From contig OY762897.2 of the NCBI GenBank assembly GCA_963666515.2, positions 4,416,001 through 4,480,000 on the forward strand: a DNA stretch of 64,000 nt, given 5' to 3'. The notes under the pieces were generated by a model. That model was not told the origin of the DNA. It searched no databases and saw nothing but the letters and a program-made list of their open reading frames with translations. This stretch comes from Candidatus Binatia bacterium (lineage in GTDB: Bacteria > Desulfobacterota > Binatia > UBA9968 > JAJDTQ01). Below, piece by piece: positions 25,783-35,502 of this stretch. How positions within the stretch are numbered: position 1 is the first letter of the stretch; each line of letters starts with the position of its first letter. A program made the translations under genes and the position numbers.

Positions 25783-25785
25783 CAC

Positions 25786-25890
25786 GTCCTTCGACTTCGC
25801 TCCGCTACGCTCAGGACGAACGGTTGGTCCCGTGAACCGTCACCGTTCGCCCTGAGCGCAGCTCCGCGCCAGCGGAGCGAAGTCGAAGGG
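25786..25890. repeat. REP/BIME-like inverted repeat (CCTTCGAC...GCTCAGGAC family)
   Basis: CCTTCGACTTCGCTCCGCTACGCTCAGGACGAACGG pairs with CCGTTCGCCCTGAGCG...AGCGGAGCGAAGTCGAAGG; related core at 32726-32763. Confidence 0.7.
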
Positions 25891-25923
25891 CCGTTTATTT
25901 GTAGCACCCGGCGCGAACGTGCT

Positions 25924-26586
25924 ATGAGCCTTCCCATGCAAGATTCCATTTCAATCGCAATCGTGGGAGGGACCGGCAGCCTGGGAATGGGCTTGGCGGG
26001 ACGCTTGGCGCGGCCGGGCGTACGGGTCCTGATCGGTTCGCGGGACGCCAAGCGCGGCGCCGACGCGGCCAGGGACCTGAACGAGAGGCTGGGCACGGAC
26101 TTCGTGGAGGGCATGCTCAACGCCGACGCGGTCCGGGAAGCGGAGCTGGCGGTCATCTCGGTGCCCTATGAAGGGCAGGAGAAGATGGTGGCCGACTTGG
26201 CGGACGAGTTGCGTGGCAAGATCGTCATCGACGCGGTGGTGCCGCTGCTCAAGGGCCGGCCGTTCGTGCCCGAAGCCGGCTCGGCGCTGCTGGAGGCGCA
26301 GAAGATCCTGGGCGACGAAACCCCGGTCATCGGCGCGCTGCACAACATCTCGGCGCTGGACCTCGGCGCGCCGGACGAGCCCCTGGGCGACGTCCTGGTA
26401 TGCGGCGACAGCAGGGAAGCCAAGGAGCGGGTCATCGAGCTGCTGGAGCGCATCGGCGCCACCGGCCTGGATGCCGGCCCCGCGGCCAACGCCTACGTGG
26501 TGGAAGGGCTCACCGGCGTGCTCATCGCCCTCAACCGCCGCTACAAGTCGAAGCACGCCAGCGTCAAGATTACCGGAATCCACTAG
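25924..26586 (+). CDS. npdG: F420-dependent NADP oxidoreductase (Fno)
   Basis: IAIVGGTGSLGMGLA, IGSRD, VPY, GSA, HNISA, DVLVCGD and VEGLT..LIALNRRYK; last gene of the cof cluster. Confidence 0.92.
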   Translation: MSLPMQDSISIAIVGGTGSLGMGLAGRLARPGVRVLIGSRDAKRGADAARDLNERLGTDFVEGMLNADAVREAELAVISVPYEGQEKMVADLADELRGKIVIDAVVPLLKGRPFVPEAGSALLEAQKILGDETPVIGALHNISALDLGAPDEPLGDVLVCGDSREAKERVIELLERIGATGLDAGPAANAYVVEGLTGVLIALNRRYKSKHASVKITGIH

Positions 26587-26688
26587 GAGCCCGTCCGAGT
26601 AGCCGGGAATCTACCGCAAGGCATGAAGATGTGCGTGTAGGGGCGACCCGGCGGTCGCCCACGGGCCAAGCGACTCGATTACTTGGAC
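26584..26688. repeat. MITE-like shell containing a GTAG-type REP
   Basis: GTAG-GGGCGACC-CGGC-GGTCGCCC at 26637-26660 lies within imperfect arms 26593-26607 and 26674-26688. The GGAGCCCGTCCG end resembles the ends of the 32710-32800 element. Confidence 0.5.
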
Positions 26689-26719
26689 TGACACAAGATC
26701 CGGAATCAGGGAGGAACCC

Positions 26720-27787
26720 ATGAGCCTGCCCGTCATCGACGCCGACGGCCACGTGATCGAAGACGAATCCATCGTCGATTACATCGAGGAGCCCTATCGA
26801 AGCCAGGCGAGCAAGCGCATCCTGACGCGGGTCTTCCCCTCTCTGGACCACCATCACCTGGGGCTCAAGTACCTGAGCGACGGCGCCTTCGGCGGCGGCG
26901 AGCCCGTGACCCCGGAGGACTGGCGGTCGTTCGTGGAAGAGGCCGGGTTCGAGTGCAGCGTGCTGTATCCCACCTGGGGCCTCGCCATGGGCAACATCAG
27001 CATGCCCGACTGGGCCTGCGCCGTAGCCCACGCCTACAACAGTTGGCTCTACGACCGCTACCTCAAGGACAACCCGCGGCTCAGGGGCATGGCGCTGATC
27101 CCGTTGCAGGATCCGCAGGAGGCGGTGAAGGAGTTGCGCCGCGCAGTCACCGAGCTGGGCATGCTCGGGGCCATGCTGCCCTCGCGCGGGCTGCCCATGG
27201 ACCTGGGGCACAAGACCTACTGGGATGTCTACGCCGAGGCCGAACGGTTGGGCTGCGGGCTCGCGGTGCACGGCGGCTGCCACCACGGCATGGGGCTCGA
27301 CACCCTGGAGGCGTTCGTTCCCATCGCCGGGCTGGGGCATCCCTTCAGCCTGATGATCGCGTTCTCGGGCATGGTCTACCACGGCGTCTTCGACCGTTTT
27401 CCCAACCTGCGGGTGGCCTTTCTCGAAGGGGGCGCGGGGTGGCTCACCTTCTGGATGGACCGCATGGAACGGTCCCACGGCTTCTTCGGGGAGTGGAACT
27501 CCCACGGCAACTACCACGGCCCCGATCCGGAGCATGGGCCCAGCCAGTACGCACTGCTGGACAACGTCTTCGTGGGCTGCGAGGGCGGGGAGAACGGGCT
27601 CGACTACCAGGTCCAGCGGGCGGGCAACGAGCGGTTCCTGTTCGCCAGTGACTTCCCGCACGAGATCGGTCCCGGCGACATCGGCCACGAGATCGCCGAG
27701 GTGGCCGAGCACCCGACGCTCAGCGACGAAGCCAAGGCCGCCATCCTCGCGGACAACGCGCGCCGCTTCTACCGGCTGGGGCAGTAG
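26720..27787 (+). CDS. Amidohydrolase_2 family protein (decarboxylase/hydratase-like)
   Basis: VIDADGHVIE, AYNSWL, AVHG, GVFDRFPNLRVAFLEGGAGW, FASDFPH and ILADNARRFY. Confidence 0.88.
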   Translation: MSLPVIDADGHVIEDESIVDYIEEPYRSQASKRILTRVFPSLDHHHLGLKYLSDGAFGGGEPVTPEDWRSFVEEAGFECSVLYPTWGLAMGNISMPDWACAVAHAYNSWLYDRYLKDNPRLRGMALIPLQDPQEAVKELRRAVTELGMLGAMLPSRGLPMDLGHKTYWDVYAEAERLGCGLAVHGGCHHGMGLDTLEAFVPIAGLGHPFSLMIAFSGMVYHGVFDRFPNLRVAFLEGGAGWLTFWMDRMERSHGFFGEWNSHGNYHGPDPEHGPSQYALLDNVFVGCEGGENGLDYQVQRAGNERFLFASDFPHEIGPGDIGHEIAEVAEHPTLSDEAKAAILADNARRFYRLGQ

Positions 27788-27800
27788 CCGCCCGTCATAC

Positions 27801-29339
27801 CTACAGGACGCCGGCGTCGTGGACCACCTTTCCGCCCACCACCGTCAGAACCGACGTGATGTGCCGGACGTCGGCGTCCGATACTACGTCTGTGTCGAAA
27901 TAGTCCCGGTCGAGGACGGCGAGATCGCCGAACTTGCCGACGGCGATTCCACCCAGGTGGGCGTCTTCTCTGCTGAACCAGCCCTGCGCCGACGTCCATA
28001 GCCGTAGCGCCTCGTCGCGGTCGATGGTCTGGTGCGCATTGATGGCTTCGCCGGCAGAGTTGATGCCGGTGAGCGCGTAGTAGATCATCAGCCACGGGTT
28101 GATCGGCGCGATGCGCGCCCCGTCGGAACCGCTGCCCGCGGGGACGCCGCTGTCGACGATCAGGCGGAACGGCGGATTGCCCATGGGCAAGGCTTCCCCC
28201 TCCAGGTAGGGCGAGCCGTGGGCGCTGATGCCGATGCCGAGTTCCTTGCAGCGGCTCAGGATCGTCTCGTCCATGCCATAGCAATGGTCGATGGACCAGT
28301 GCAGGCCGGCGATGGGAATGGACCGGTTGACGGCCTCCCAGACATCGAGATGAGCGCACTGCTCGGGCAGCGTGATCATGTGCTGCTTGTAGATCCAGCC
28401 GCGCTCGGCCACTGCCCGGGCCGATGCGGTATAGAATTCAGGCAGCGGCTGCAGCCGTTGCAGCCGGCTCGGTATGAGCCATTCGCCGAGGCCGACGACG
28501 CGCAGCATGTCGTTGCCGAACTCGTTGAACGTGTTGTCCAGGCGCGCCGTGAGCTGGGGCAGCGAAGCGGCATCGTCCTGCACCGGCAGGAACAGCCGGA
28601 GGCGCAGCGGCAGGCGGCCGGCGCGCATCAGCTCCAGTATCGGAATGTAGCCGGTGCGGGGATCCAGGAAACCGCCGGCGGGGATGGTGCCGCCCATGTC
28701 GAACAGGCACACCAGACCGAGGCTCAGCGCGTGTTCGATCTCCCGCATCGTCTGTCGCCGTACGTCCGCGGGTGAGCGCATGCCGCTGAGCGCCTCCCAG
28801 GCGGCGTAGGTGGTGTTCCCGGGCGCGACCGTGCCGTCTTCGCCCACCGGCACGCCTCGGGTTTTCAGCAGGTCGCGGGCAAGGGTGTTGGCGGCGCCGG
28901 GTCCTAAGTTCGAGACGGACAGGTAGACCGGGTGACGCGGCGCCGCGGCGTCCATCTCCTTCAGCGTGGGATAACGTTTCTCCCGGAACTGGTTGGGATG
29001 GATGCCGCCGAGGGCGCTCAGCAACTCGCCCTCCAGGACCGCGGATGCGCGGGCGGCGATGCGCGCGAGCGCGTCGTCGAGCGAGAACGCGGTCTCCAGT
29101 TCGCGCATGTCGTGGCCCGGCAAGAGCCCCATGCGCAGGAAGTGGACGTGGTTGTCGATGAGGCCGGGGATGACCGTGCAGCCCTTGAGGTCGATGGTGC
29201 GCGCGTCCGGGCCGCGCGGTCTCAGGTCGTGGCCCGTCGCGGCGATCCGGCCGCCTTCGATGGCCACCGAGGAGACCACGGTGTCGTCGTCATCCATGGT
29301 GTGGATGTCGCCGTTGACGAGGATGAGTTCGTCGAGCAT
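27801..29339 (-). CDS. Amidohydrolase_3 (YtcJ-like) family protein
   Basis: NGDIHTMD, IDLKGCTVIPGLIDNHVH, GSGSDG, INPW, GGIAVGKFGDLAVLDRD and TVVGGKVVH. Confidence 0.88.
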   Translation of the reverse strand: MLDELILVNGDIHTMDDDDTVVSSVAIEGGRIAATGHDLRPRGPDARTIDLKGCTVIPGLIDNHVHFLRMGLLPGHDMRELETAFSLDDALARIAARASAVLEGELLSALGGIHPNQFREKRYPTLKEMDAAAPRHPVYLSVSNLGPGAANTLARDLLKTRGVPVGEDGTVAPGNTTYAAWEALSGMRSPADVRRQTMREIEHALSLGLVCLFDMGGTIPAGGFLDPRTGYIPILELMRAGRLPLRLRLFLPVQDDAASLPQLTARLDNTFNEFGNDMLRVVGLGEWLIPSRLQRLQPLPEFYTASARAVAERGWIYKQHMITLPEQCAHLDVWEAVNRSIPIAGLHWSIDHCYGMDETILSRCKELGIGISAHGSPYLEGEALPMGNPPFRLIVDSGVPAGSGSDGARIAPINPWLMIYYALTGINSAGEAINAHQTIDRDEALRLWTSAQGWFSREDAHLGGIAVGKFGDLAVLDRDYFDTDVVSDADVRHITSVLTVVGGKVVHDAGVL

Positions 29340-29480
29340 CGGTCAGGTCCATTGCGCTTGACAAATTTCTCAACCATGCGGTTGTATGGGCCGCGAACCG
29401 TGCTGTCAATGGCCGCATGAATGTGATGGCTTTACACGCGCCGAGCCGGTGCGGAAGCCGGTCACCGAGGAGGACCCGCC

Positions 29481-30578
29481 ATGTCGAACGTGTTCGGAAA
29501 ATCCATCGGCCGCCTTGCGCTGGCGGCATTGGCGCTGATCGTATTCGCCTCCACCGCGGATGCGCAGTACTACAAGGGCAAGACGATCCAGATCATCGTC
29601 GGTTTCTCGTCCGGCGGCACCGACACCACGGCCCGCATCGTCGCGCGCCGGCTGTCGAAGTACATCCCCGGCAATCCCTCCGTCGTCGTCAAGAACATGC
29701 CCGGCGGCGCCAGCCTGAAGGCTCAGAACTTCGTCTTCGAGCGGGCCAAGCCCGACGGCACGACCCTGAGCTTCAATCCGTTCCAGGTGATGGCGGAGAT
29801 CACCGGACGGGAGGGCGTGCGCTTCAGCTATCCCAAGTTCACCTTCGTCGCGGGCGTCAAGGCGCCCTCGTTCGTGGCCGTGGCGCGCAACGACCTGGCG
29901 CCGGGCGGGCTCAACAAGCCGTCCGACATCGCCAGGATCACGCAGGCGCTCAACTACACCGGCCGCAACCCGCTGCACTCCATCGACGTCATGTCCACCT
30001 TGGGGTTCGACTTGTTGGGGATGAAGCACAACTACGTCCGCGGCTTCCGCGACTCCGCCTCCATCACGACATCCATCGAGCAGGCGGAGACACACATCAC
30101 GGGCGTAGGCTCGGCCACCTGGAACACGCAGATGAAGCCGCGGTTGATCGACACCGGCAAGGTGAAGGCGCTGTTCCAGTTCGGCGTATTCCAGCCCGAC
30201 GGCTCGCTGACCCCCGACCCGGCCTACCCCGGCGTGCCGCTGCTCGACGAATTCTACGTCGCGGCCAAAGGTTCCAAGCCGTCCGGCCCCCTGGCCGCGG
30301 CCTACGATTTCGCCAAGCGGGCGCAGGGAACGGCCAACTTCCTGGCCCTCGGTCCGCCCAACATGAACCCGGAGGCGACCAGGCAACTGCGCGCGGCCTA
30401 TGAGAAGGCGATGGCGGACCCCGAAACCATCGCCGAGGCCAAGAAGGCCCTCAAGGCGGCGCTCCGCCACATCAACTATGACCTGGCGAAGAAGGTGATG
30501 GACAGCCTCCGTGACGCCGACCCCAAGATGGTGGCGTTCTGGAAGGATCGCACCGCCCGCCAGGCCGGCGCGAAATAG
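29481..30578 (+). CDS. Tripartite tricarboxylate transporter substrate-binding protein (TctC/Bug-like)
   Basis: Signal peptide; YYKGKTIQIIVGFSSGGTD, IPGNPSVVVKNMPGG and AKPDGTT. Confidence 0.85.
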   Translation: MSNVFGKSIGRLALAALALIVFASTADAQYYKGKTIQIIVGFSSGGTDTTARIVARRLSKYIPGNPSVVVKNMPGGASLKAQNFVFERAKPDGTTLSFNPFQVMAEITGREGVRFSYPKFTFVAGVKAPSFVAVARNDLAPGGLNKPSDIARITQALNYTGRNPLHSIDVMSTLGFDLLGMKHNYVRGFRDSASITTSIEQAETHITGVGSATWNTQMKPRLIDTGKVKALFQFGVFQPDGSLTPDPAYPGVPLLDEFYVAAKGSKPSGPLAAAYDFAKRAQGTANFLALGPPNMNPEATRQLRAAYEKAMADPETIAEAKKALKAALRHINYDLAKKVMDSLRDADPKMVAFWKDRTARQAGAK

Positions 30579-30661
30579 GCATACCGCTTTCCTCTTTTCG
30601 GGCGGTGGGACCGGCCGGCGCCGGTACGTCCCGCCGCCCCGCACCGTGAATCGTGGGCGGG

Positions 30662-32692
30662 ATGTTCGAGGCCTTCGTCCAGGGACTGATCCTCATCTTC
30701 CAGTGGCCGGCCATCGGCTTCCTGCTGCTGGGGATACTGATCGGACTCTGGCTGGGCGCGGTGCCCGGCCTGGGCCCCATCATCGGCCTCGTCCTGCTGC
30801 TGCCGTTCACCTTCGACATGGAGCCGGTGCCGGCCATCGCGCTGCTGCTCGGCATGTTCACGGTGACGTCGACGGCCGACACCGTCGCCTCGGTCCTGCT
30901 CGGCGTTCCCGGCACCGTGGCGTCGCAAGCGACGATCCTCGACGGCTACCCGCTGGCGAAAGCGGGGCACGCGGCGCGGGCGCTGGGCGCCGCGTTCACG
31001 GTATCCGCCTTCGGCGGCGTGTTCGGCGCGCTGGTCCTGTCGGTGTCGTTGCCGCTGGTGCTGCCGCTGATCCTCGCCTTCTCGAAAGCCGAGCTGTTCA
31101 TGCTGGCCGTGCTGGGGCTCACCATGGTCGGCTCCCTCACCGGCGGCTCCGTCACGAAGGGACTCACGGTGGCGCTGTTCGGCCTGATCATCTCCACCGT
31201 GGGCTACGGCGACATCCAGCCGGTGCCGCGCTTCCATTTCGGCATCGACTATATGCTGGACGGTCTGCCGCTGATTCCGATGGTGCTGGGGCTGTTCGCG
31301 GTCCCAGAACTGCTGGAGCTGGCGGCCAGCAACACGTCGATCTCGCGGGTGCCCCACGGCCAGGCCAAGGGCGGCGGCCTCCTCGACGGTGTGCGCGACG
31401 CCTGCCGCCACTGGTGGCTGGCGGTGCGCTGCAGCGTCATCGGCACCTATGTCGGGCTGTTGCCGGGTCTCGGCGGCCAGATCGTGGACTGGGTCGCCTA
31501 CGGCCACGCGGTGCAGAGCGCCAAGGACAAGTCCCGGTTCGGACAGGGGGACATCCGCGGCGTGATCGCGCCCGAGGCCGCCAACAACGCGATCCGCGGC
31601 GGCGCGCTGGTGCCCACCATCGCCTTCGGGATTCCCGGCAGCCTGGGGGCGGCGATCCTGCTCGGCGCGTTCCTCATCCAGGGTCTGCAGCCCGGCCCCG
31701 ACATGCTCACCCGCAACCTGCCCATCACCTACAGCCTGGTGTGGACCATCGTCGTCGCCAACCTCATCGGAGCGGCGATTCTGATGGCGGCCAGCCGGCA
31801 GATCGCCCGGCTGGCGTTCATTCCGGGGCACCTGCTGGTGCCGGGCGTGCTGGCGTTCGTCCTGATGGGCTCCTGGCTGTCGCGCACTTCGGTGGGAGAC
31901 TGGGTCACGGTGATCGCCTTCGGCCTCATCGGCTACGTCATGAAACGCGGCGGCTGGCCCCGCCCGCCCTTCGTGCTCGCGCTCATCCTGGGCGGGCTCA
32001 TGGAGCAGACCTTCCAGATCAGCATGGCCGCGCACCGCGGGCCGAGCTGGCTGTGGGAGCGGCCGATAGTGATGGCCATCGCCGGGCTGTGTGTGCTGAC
32101 CATCTTCTTCGCCGCGCGCGGCATCGCGCGGAACAGGAAGCTCGACGATCGGCAGGCCGGCGGCGAGGGGACCGAAGTCAATCCCGTCGTGTCACTGCCG
32201 CTGTCGCTCTTCCTGTCGGCCATTTTCGTGTACGCGGTGTGGGTGTCGCCGGGCTGGCCGCCCAGCGCGCGACAGTTCCCGATGGCCATCGCCCTGCCCG
32301 GCGTCGCCTTGGCGTTGGGGACGCTCTTGATTGACGTCCGCCAACTCTTCGCGCGCCTCAGCGAGTTGGGCGGGCTGACCACGCTGTTTGAGGAAACGCG
32401 CGAGAACTTCCAAGTCCGGCCGGCCGCGGCCTTCTTCGGCTACCTGGTGGGTGTCCTGCTCCTGACCGTGGCGCTCGGCCAGAAGATTGCCGTGCCGATC
32501 TTCATCGCCGGCTATGTCGCTCTGTGGGGTCGTTATTCCTGGCGGCTTTCAGTCTGCTACGCCTTGGGCGGGTGGGCCGTCCTGGTCGCCTTCTACGACC
32601 GCATCGTCCACCTGTTCTGGCATCCCTCGTGGCTGTCGGGCTGGCTGCCGGAACTGCTGCCGGCTTGGCTGCCCGTCTGGCTGCTGATCTGA
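30662..32692 (+). CDS. Tripartite tricarboxylate transporter permease, TctA-TctB fusion
   Basis: GAVPGLG, GVPGT..SQATILDGYPLA, GVIAPEAANNA and FGIPGS, plus about 170 aa of TctB-like C-terminal helices (ARQFPMAI). Confidence 0.88.
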   Translation: MFEAFVQGLILIFQWPAIGFLLLGILIGLWLGAVPGLGPIIGLVLLLPFTFDMEPVPAIALLLGMFTVTSTADTVASVLLGVPGTVASQATILDGYPLAKAGHAARALGAAFTVSAFGGVFGALVLSVSLPLVLPLILAFSKAELFMLAVLGLTMVGSLTGGSVTKGLTVALFGLIISTVGYGDIQPVPRFHFGIDYMLDGLPLIPMVLGLFAVPELLELAASNTSISRVPHGQAKGGGLLDGVRDACRHWWLAVRCSVIGTYVGLLPGLGGQIVDWVAYGHAVQSAKDKSRFGQGDIRGVIAPEAANNAIRGGALVPTIAFGIPGSLGAAILLGAFLIQGLQPGPDMLTRNLPITYSLVWTIVVANLIGAAILMAASRQIARLAFIPGHLLVPGVLAFVLMGSWLSRTSVGDWVTVIAFGLIGYVMKRGGWPRPPFVLALILGGLMEQTFQISMAAHRGPSWLWERPIVMAIAGLCVLTIFFAARGIARNRKLDDRQAGGEGTEVNPVVSLPLSLFLSAIFVYAVWVSPGWPPSARQFPMAIALPGVALALGTLLIDVRQLFARLSELGGLTTLFEETRENFQVRPAAAFFGYLVGVLLLTVALGQKIAVPIFIAGYVALWGRYSWRLSVCYALGGWAVLVAFYDRIVHLFWHPSWLSGWLPELLPAWLPVWLLI

Positions 32693-32709
32693 GGGGGCGA
32701 AGTAGCCTG

Positions 32710-32800
32710 GGAGCCCATCCGAACCGTCCTTCGACAGGCTCAGGACAGGCGAGGTCGAAGGACCCATTTCACTGCCCTTGGGAATTCCCGGACAGGCTCC
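32710..32800. repeat. MITE-like element with nested REP-like hairpin between convergent genes
   Basis: Ends GGAGCCCATCCG and CGGACAGGCTCC are imperfect inverted repeats; internal GTCCTTCGAC...GTCGAAGGAC at 32726-32763. Confidence 0.55.
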
Positions 32801-32811
32801 TGGTCCCGCGG

Positions 32812-33438
32812 TCACTCCTTCTCGGCCGCGCTCGCCGCTGCGTCATCCAGGGCGTTGCCGCGCTGGTATGCTTCGCGTCCGCTGAGCCGCGACCAGTAGG
32901 CCTCGAAGGCGGGGCGCTTTTCGATCGTGTCGTATTGCATACCCCAGCCGATGTGAGACCCGACGTACACGTCGGCGGCGGTAAAGGCATCGCCGGCGAC
33001 GTAACCTTCGCCCCCGACGGCTTTCTCCAGGGTGTCCAACACCGTGGCATAGTTGCCGTAGCCCACCATGGATTCCTTGTCCTCCGGTACGGCGAAACCG
33101 AACATGCGGTTGGTGACCGCGGCCTCCAGCGGACCGGCGGCGAAGAACAGCCAGCGGTAGTAGGCGCCGCGCTGTCCGCTGGGCGGCGCCAGTCCGGCGG
33201 CAGGGAAGGCGTCGGCGAGGTAGGCGCAGATGGCCGCGCACTCGGTGACGACCGTGTCGCCGTGGCGGATCGCCGGAACCTTCCCCATGGGGTTGATGGT
33301 CAGGTACTCCGGCGACTTCATCATCGGGCCGAACTCCACCACCTCGGTGCGGTAGGGGACGCCCGACTCCTCCAGCATCCAGCGCACGATGCGCCCGCGC
33401 GACATCGGGTTGGTGTAGAAAACCAGTTCCGCTGTCAT
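32812..33438 (-). CDS. Glutathione S-transferase family protein
   Basis: FYTNPMSRGRIVRWMLEE, INPMGKVPA, TECAAICAYLAD and FTAADVY. Confidence 0.93.
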   Translation of the reverse strand: MTAELVFYTNPMSRGRIVRWMLEESGVPYRTEVVEFGPMMKSPEYLTINPMGKVPAIRHGDTVVTECAAICAYLADAFPAAGLAPPSGQRGAYYRWLFFAAGPLEAAVTNRMFGFAVPEDKESMVGYGNYATVLDTLEKAVGGEGYVAGDAFTAADVYVGSHIGWGMQYDTIEKRPAFEAYWSRLSGREAYQRGNALDDAAASAAEKE

Positions 33439-33475
33439 CGTTATTCTCCTGTCGGTCCGAAAACCGTCCGCGGGC

Positions 33476-35044
33476 TCACGCGTCCTCCGCCGGCATGTAT
33501 TTCCCCTCCTCGTCCAGGGTGATCTGCCTGCGTTCGTTGAGGCGCCCCACCAAGGCCATGACGGTGGCGAACCCTTCGTCCGAGAAAGCGTCCAGCAGCT
33601 CGCTGAAGGTGAGCCGCTTCTCGCCCAGCATGGCCAGCGCCCGTTCCGCAAGCCGCTCGATGGCGTCGTCGTCGGCAGCCGGCGGTTGTGGCGCGGCCGG
33701 CGACTCGCCCAGGTAGTCGTCCAGTGCCGCCTTGCCCTGGTTGTGGTAGACGATGCGGTTGTAGCGGTAGCGCGGCACGTTCTCCGGAATGGTGGCGTCG
33801 ATGCCCATCTTGGCCGTGGTGGGGACGCCGTTGGCGCTCGGCGGGATGGACGGGTCCAGGGGCTTGGAGCGGGCATTGGACAGGATCACCGTGTCGCGGT
33901 CCGCCTGCACGCGGGTGGCGATGGCCCACTCGACTTCCACGGGGTCGAAGATGTCGATGTCGTCGTCGGTCACCACTACGTACTTGATGTCGGCGATGGA
34001 CAGCAGCGCGGCGATGGCGTTCTTGCCGTCGCCCGGGCTCTTCTTGATGGACGCCACGATGTGCCAGTGGCAGCAGCCTCCCGGCGTCACGTTGATGGCG
34101 GTGACCTGCACGCCCGTCTCGGCCATCACGCGCCACGCCGCCGCCTCGTAGATGGGCGCGCTCATCCACAGGTTCTCCCAGGGCATGTGCAGCGCGTAGT
34201 AGATGGGGTCGCGGCGGTGCAGCACGGACTTGATGTGGACGTTTGGGTTCCGGTGGGTGCCCCCGACCAGGCGCGAGAACTCGCCGAAGGGGCCTTCGGG
34301 ATGCACCCAGCCCTCGGGGGGTATCTCGCCCTCCAGGACGATTTCCGACCCCGCGATGAACGGCACCGGTCCGGCGACTCCCGGCGTCAGCTCCACCGGG
34401 CGCCCGCCGAGACCGCCGGCGAAGCCCAGCTCGTTGGTGCCCAGCGACGCCTTGAAGAGCGCCCCCATCAGCTCCCGGGGGTGCACGCCGATGGAGATGG
34501 AGATGGGCAGCGGGCGGTTCTCCGCCAGCGCCCTCCTGGTGAAGTTGTGGAGGTTGTTGGGGGTGACGATGTCGATGCCGGTGACGTTCCGCTCCTTGAG
34601 CATCAGCCGGTAGCAGCCGGCGTTCATGCCGTACTCGGGGTCCTCGGAGATGACCACCGCGGCGGTGATCATGGGCGCGCCGTCCAGGGTAGAGAAGATC
34701 GGCACTGGCAGCTTGAACAGGTCCACGTCGCCGCCCAGTTGCATGAACTCCTTGACCGGGGCGTCTTCCACCAGGACCGGGTCGATGGAGTTGGACATGG
34801 CCCACTGGAAGCGCTTGTGGATCTCGGGGTAGGGTGCGTCCAGGGCAATGGCCAGGCGCTCCCGCTTCTGGAGCATCCCGCAAGCCACCGGCATGGAGTA
34901 GCCCACGGGATTCTCGAACAGCAGCGCCTTGTCGCTCTGGTCCGTGAGCGCCGCCACGTCCCGCAGGTCCACCGGCTTGCGTATGTCCAGCAGCTCGTCG
35001 TTGTCCCGCAAGAGATCGATGTACTCCCGAAAGGTCCCGTTCAT
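33476..35044 (-). CDS. UbiD-family (prFMN-dependent) decarboxylase with extra C-terminal domain
   Basis: NAGCYR, EIVLEG, EGPFGEF, VVVTDDDIDIFD, VEWAIATRVQAD and KMGIDAT. Confidence 0.92.
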   Translation of the reverse strand: MNGTFREYIDLLRDNDELLDIRKPVDLRDVAALTDQSDKALLFENPVGYSMPVACGMLQKRERLAIALDAPYPEIHKRFQWAMSNSIDPVLVEDAPVKEFMQLGGDVDLFKLPVPIFSTLDGAPMITAAVVISEDPEYGMNAGCYRLMLKERNVTGIDIVTPNNLHNFTRRALAENRPLPISISIGVHPRELMGALFKASLGTNELGFAGGLGGRPVELTPGVAGPVPFIAGSEIVLEGEIPPEGWVHPEGPFGEFSRLVGGTHRNPNVHIKSVLHRRDPIYYALHMPWENLWMSAPIYEAAAWRVMAETGVQVTAINVTPGGCCHWHIVASIKKSPGDGKNAIAALLSIADIKYVVVTDDDIDIFDPVEVEWAIATRVQADRDTVILSNARSKPLDPSIPPSANGVPTTAKMGIDATIPENVPRYRYNRIVYHNQGKAALDDYLGESPAAPQPPAADDDAIERLAERALAMLGEKRLTFSELLDAFSDEGFATVMALVGRLNERRQITLDEEGKYMPAEDA

Positions 35045-35180
35045 GGCTCTTTCCACCTCCAGACGGGCAACATAGCCAAGAGATCACACCGCATCAACCG
35101 GGCCGCGATTGACACCCGCGGGACGGCGGGGAATATTGGAGCATGTCCGGCAGGCTTTATCGGAGAGGCGGGAGGCAAGC

Positions 35181-35447
35181 GTGATCGACCGGCAATTGCT
35201 CGACATCCTGGCATGTCCCGAGACCCATGAAGCGGTGTCATTGGCAGATGAGACCCTCATCGAGAGTCTCAACCGGAAGATCGAAGCCGGCCAAGTTGTG
35301 AACCGTGCGGGCGAGAAGGTGACCGAAACCATCGAAGGCGGACTCGTGCGGGAAGACGGCCGGTACCTCTACGCCATCCGCGACGGCATCCCCATCATGC
35401 TCGTAGAGCAGGCGATTCCCCTGGAGGGCGTTGCCAGCGAACGCTGA
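35181..35447 (+). CDS. Trm112-like/UPF0434 family protein
   Basis: GGAGG then GTG; IDRQLLDILACPET...YAIRDGIPIML. Confidence 0.85.
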   Translation: MIDRQLLDILACPETHEAVSLADETLIESLNRKIEAGQVVNRAGEKVTETIEGGLVREDGRYLYAIRDGIPIMLVEQAIPLEGVASER

Positions 35448-35502
35448 CGGTCGCGTCGACCTTGACCTCTTTTCCCCCATGGGCTAGTCAATTCTTCTCC
35501 GT

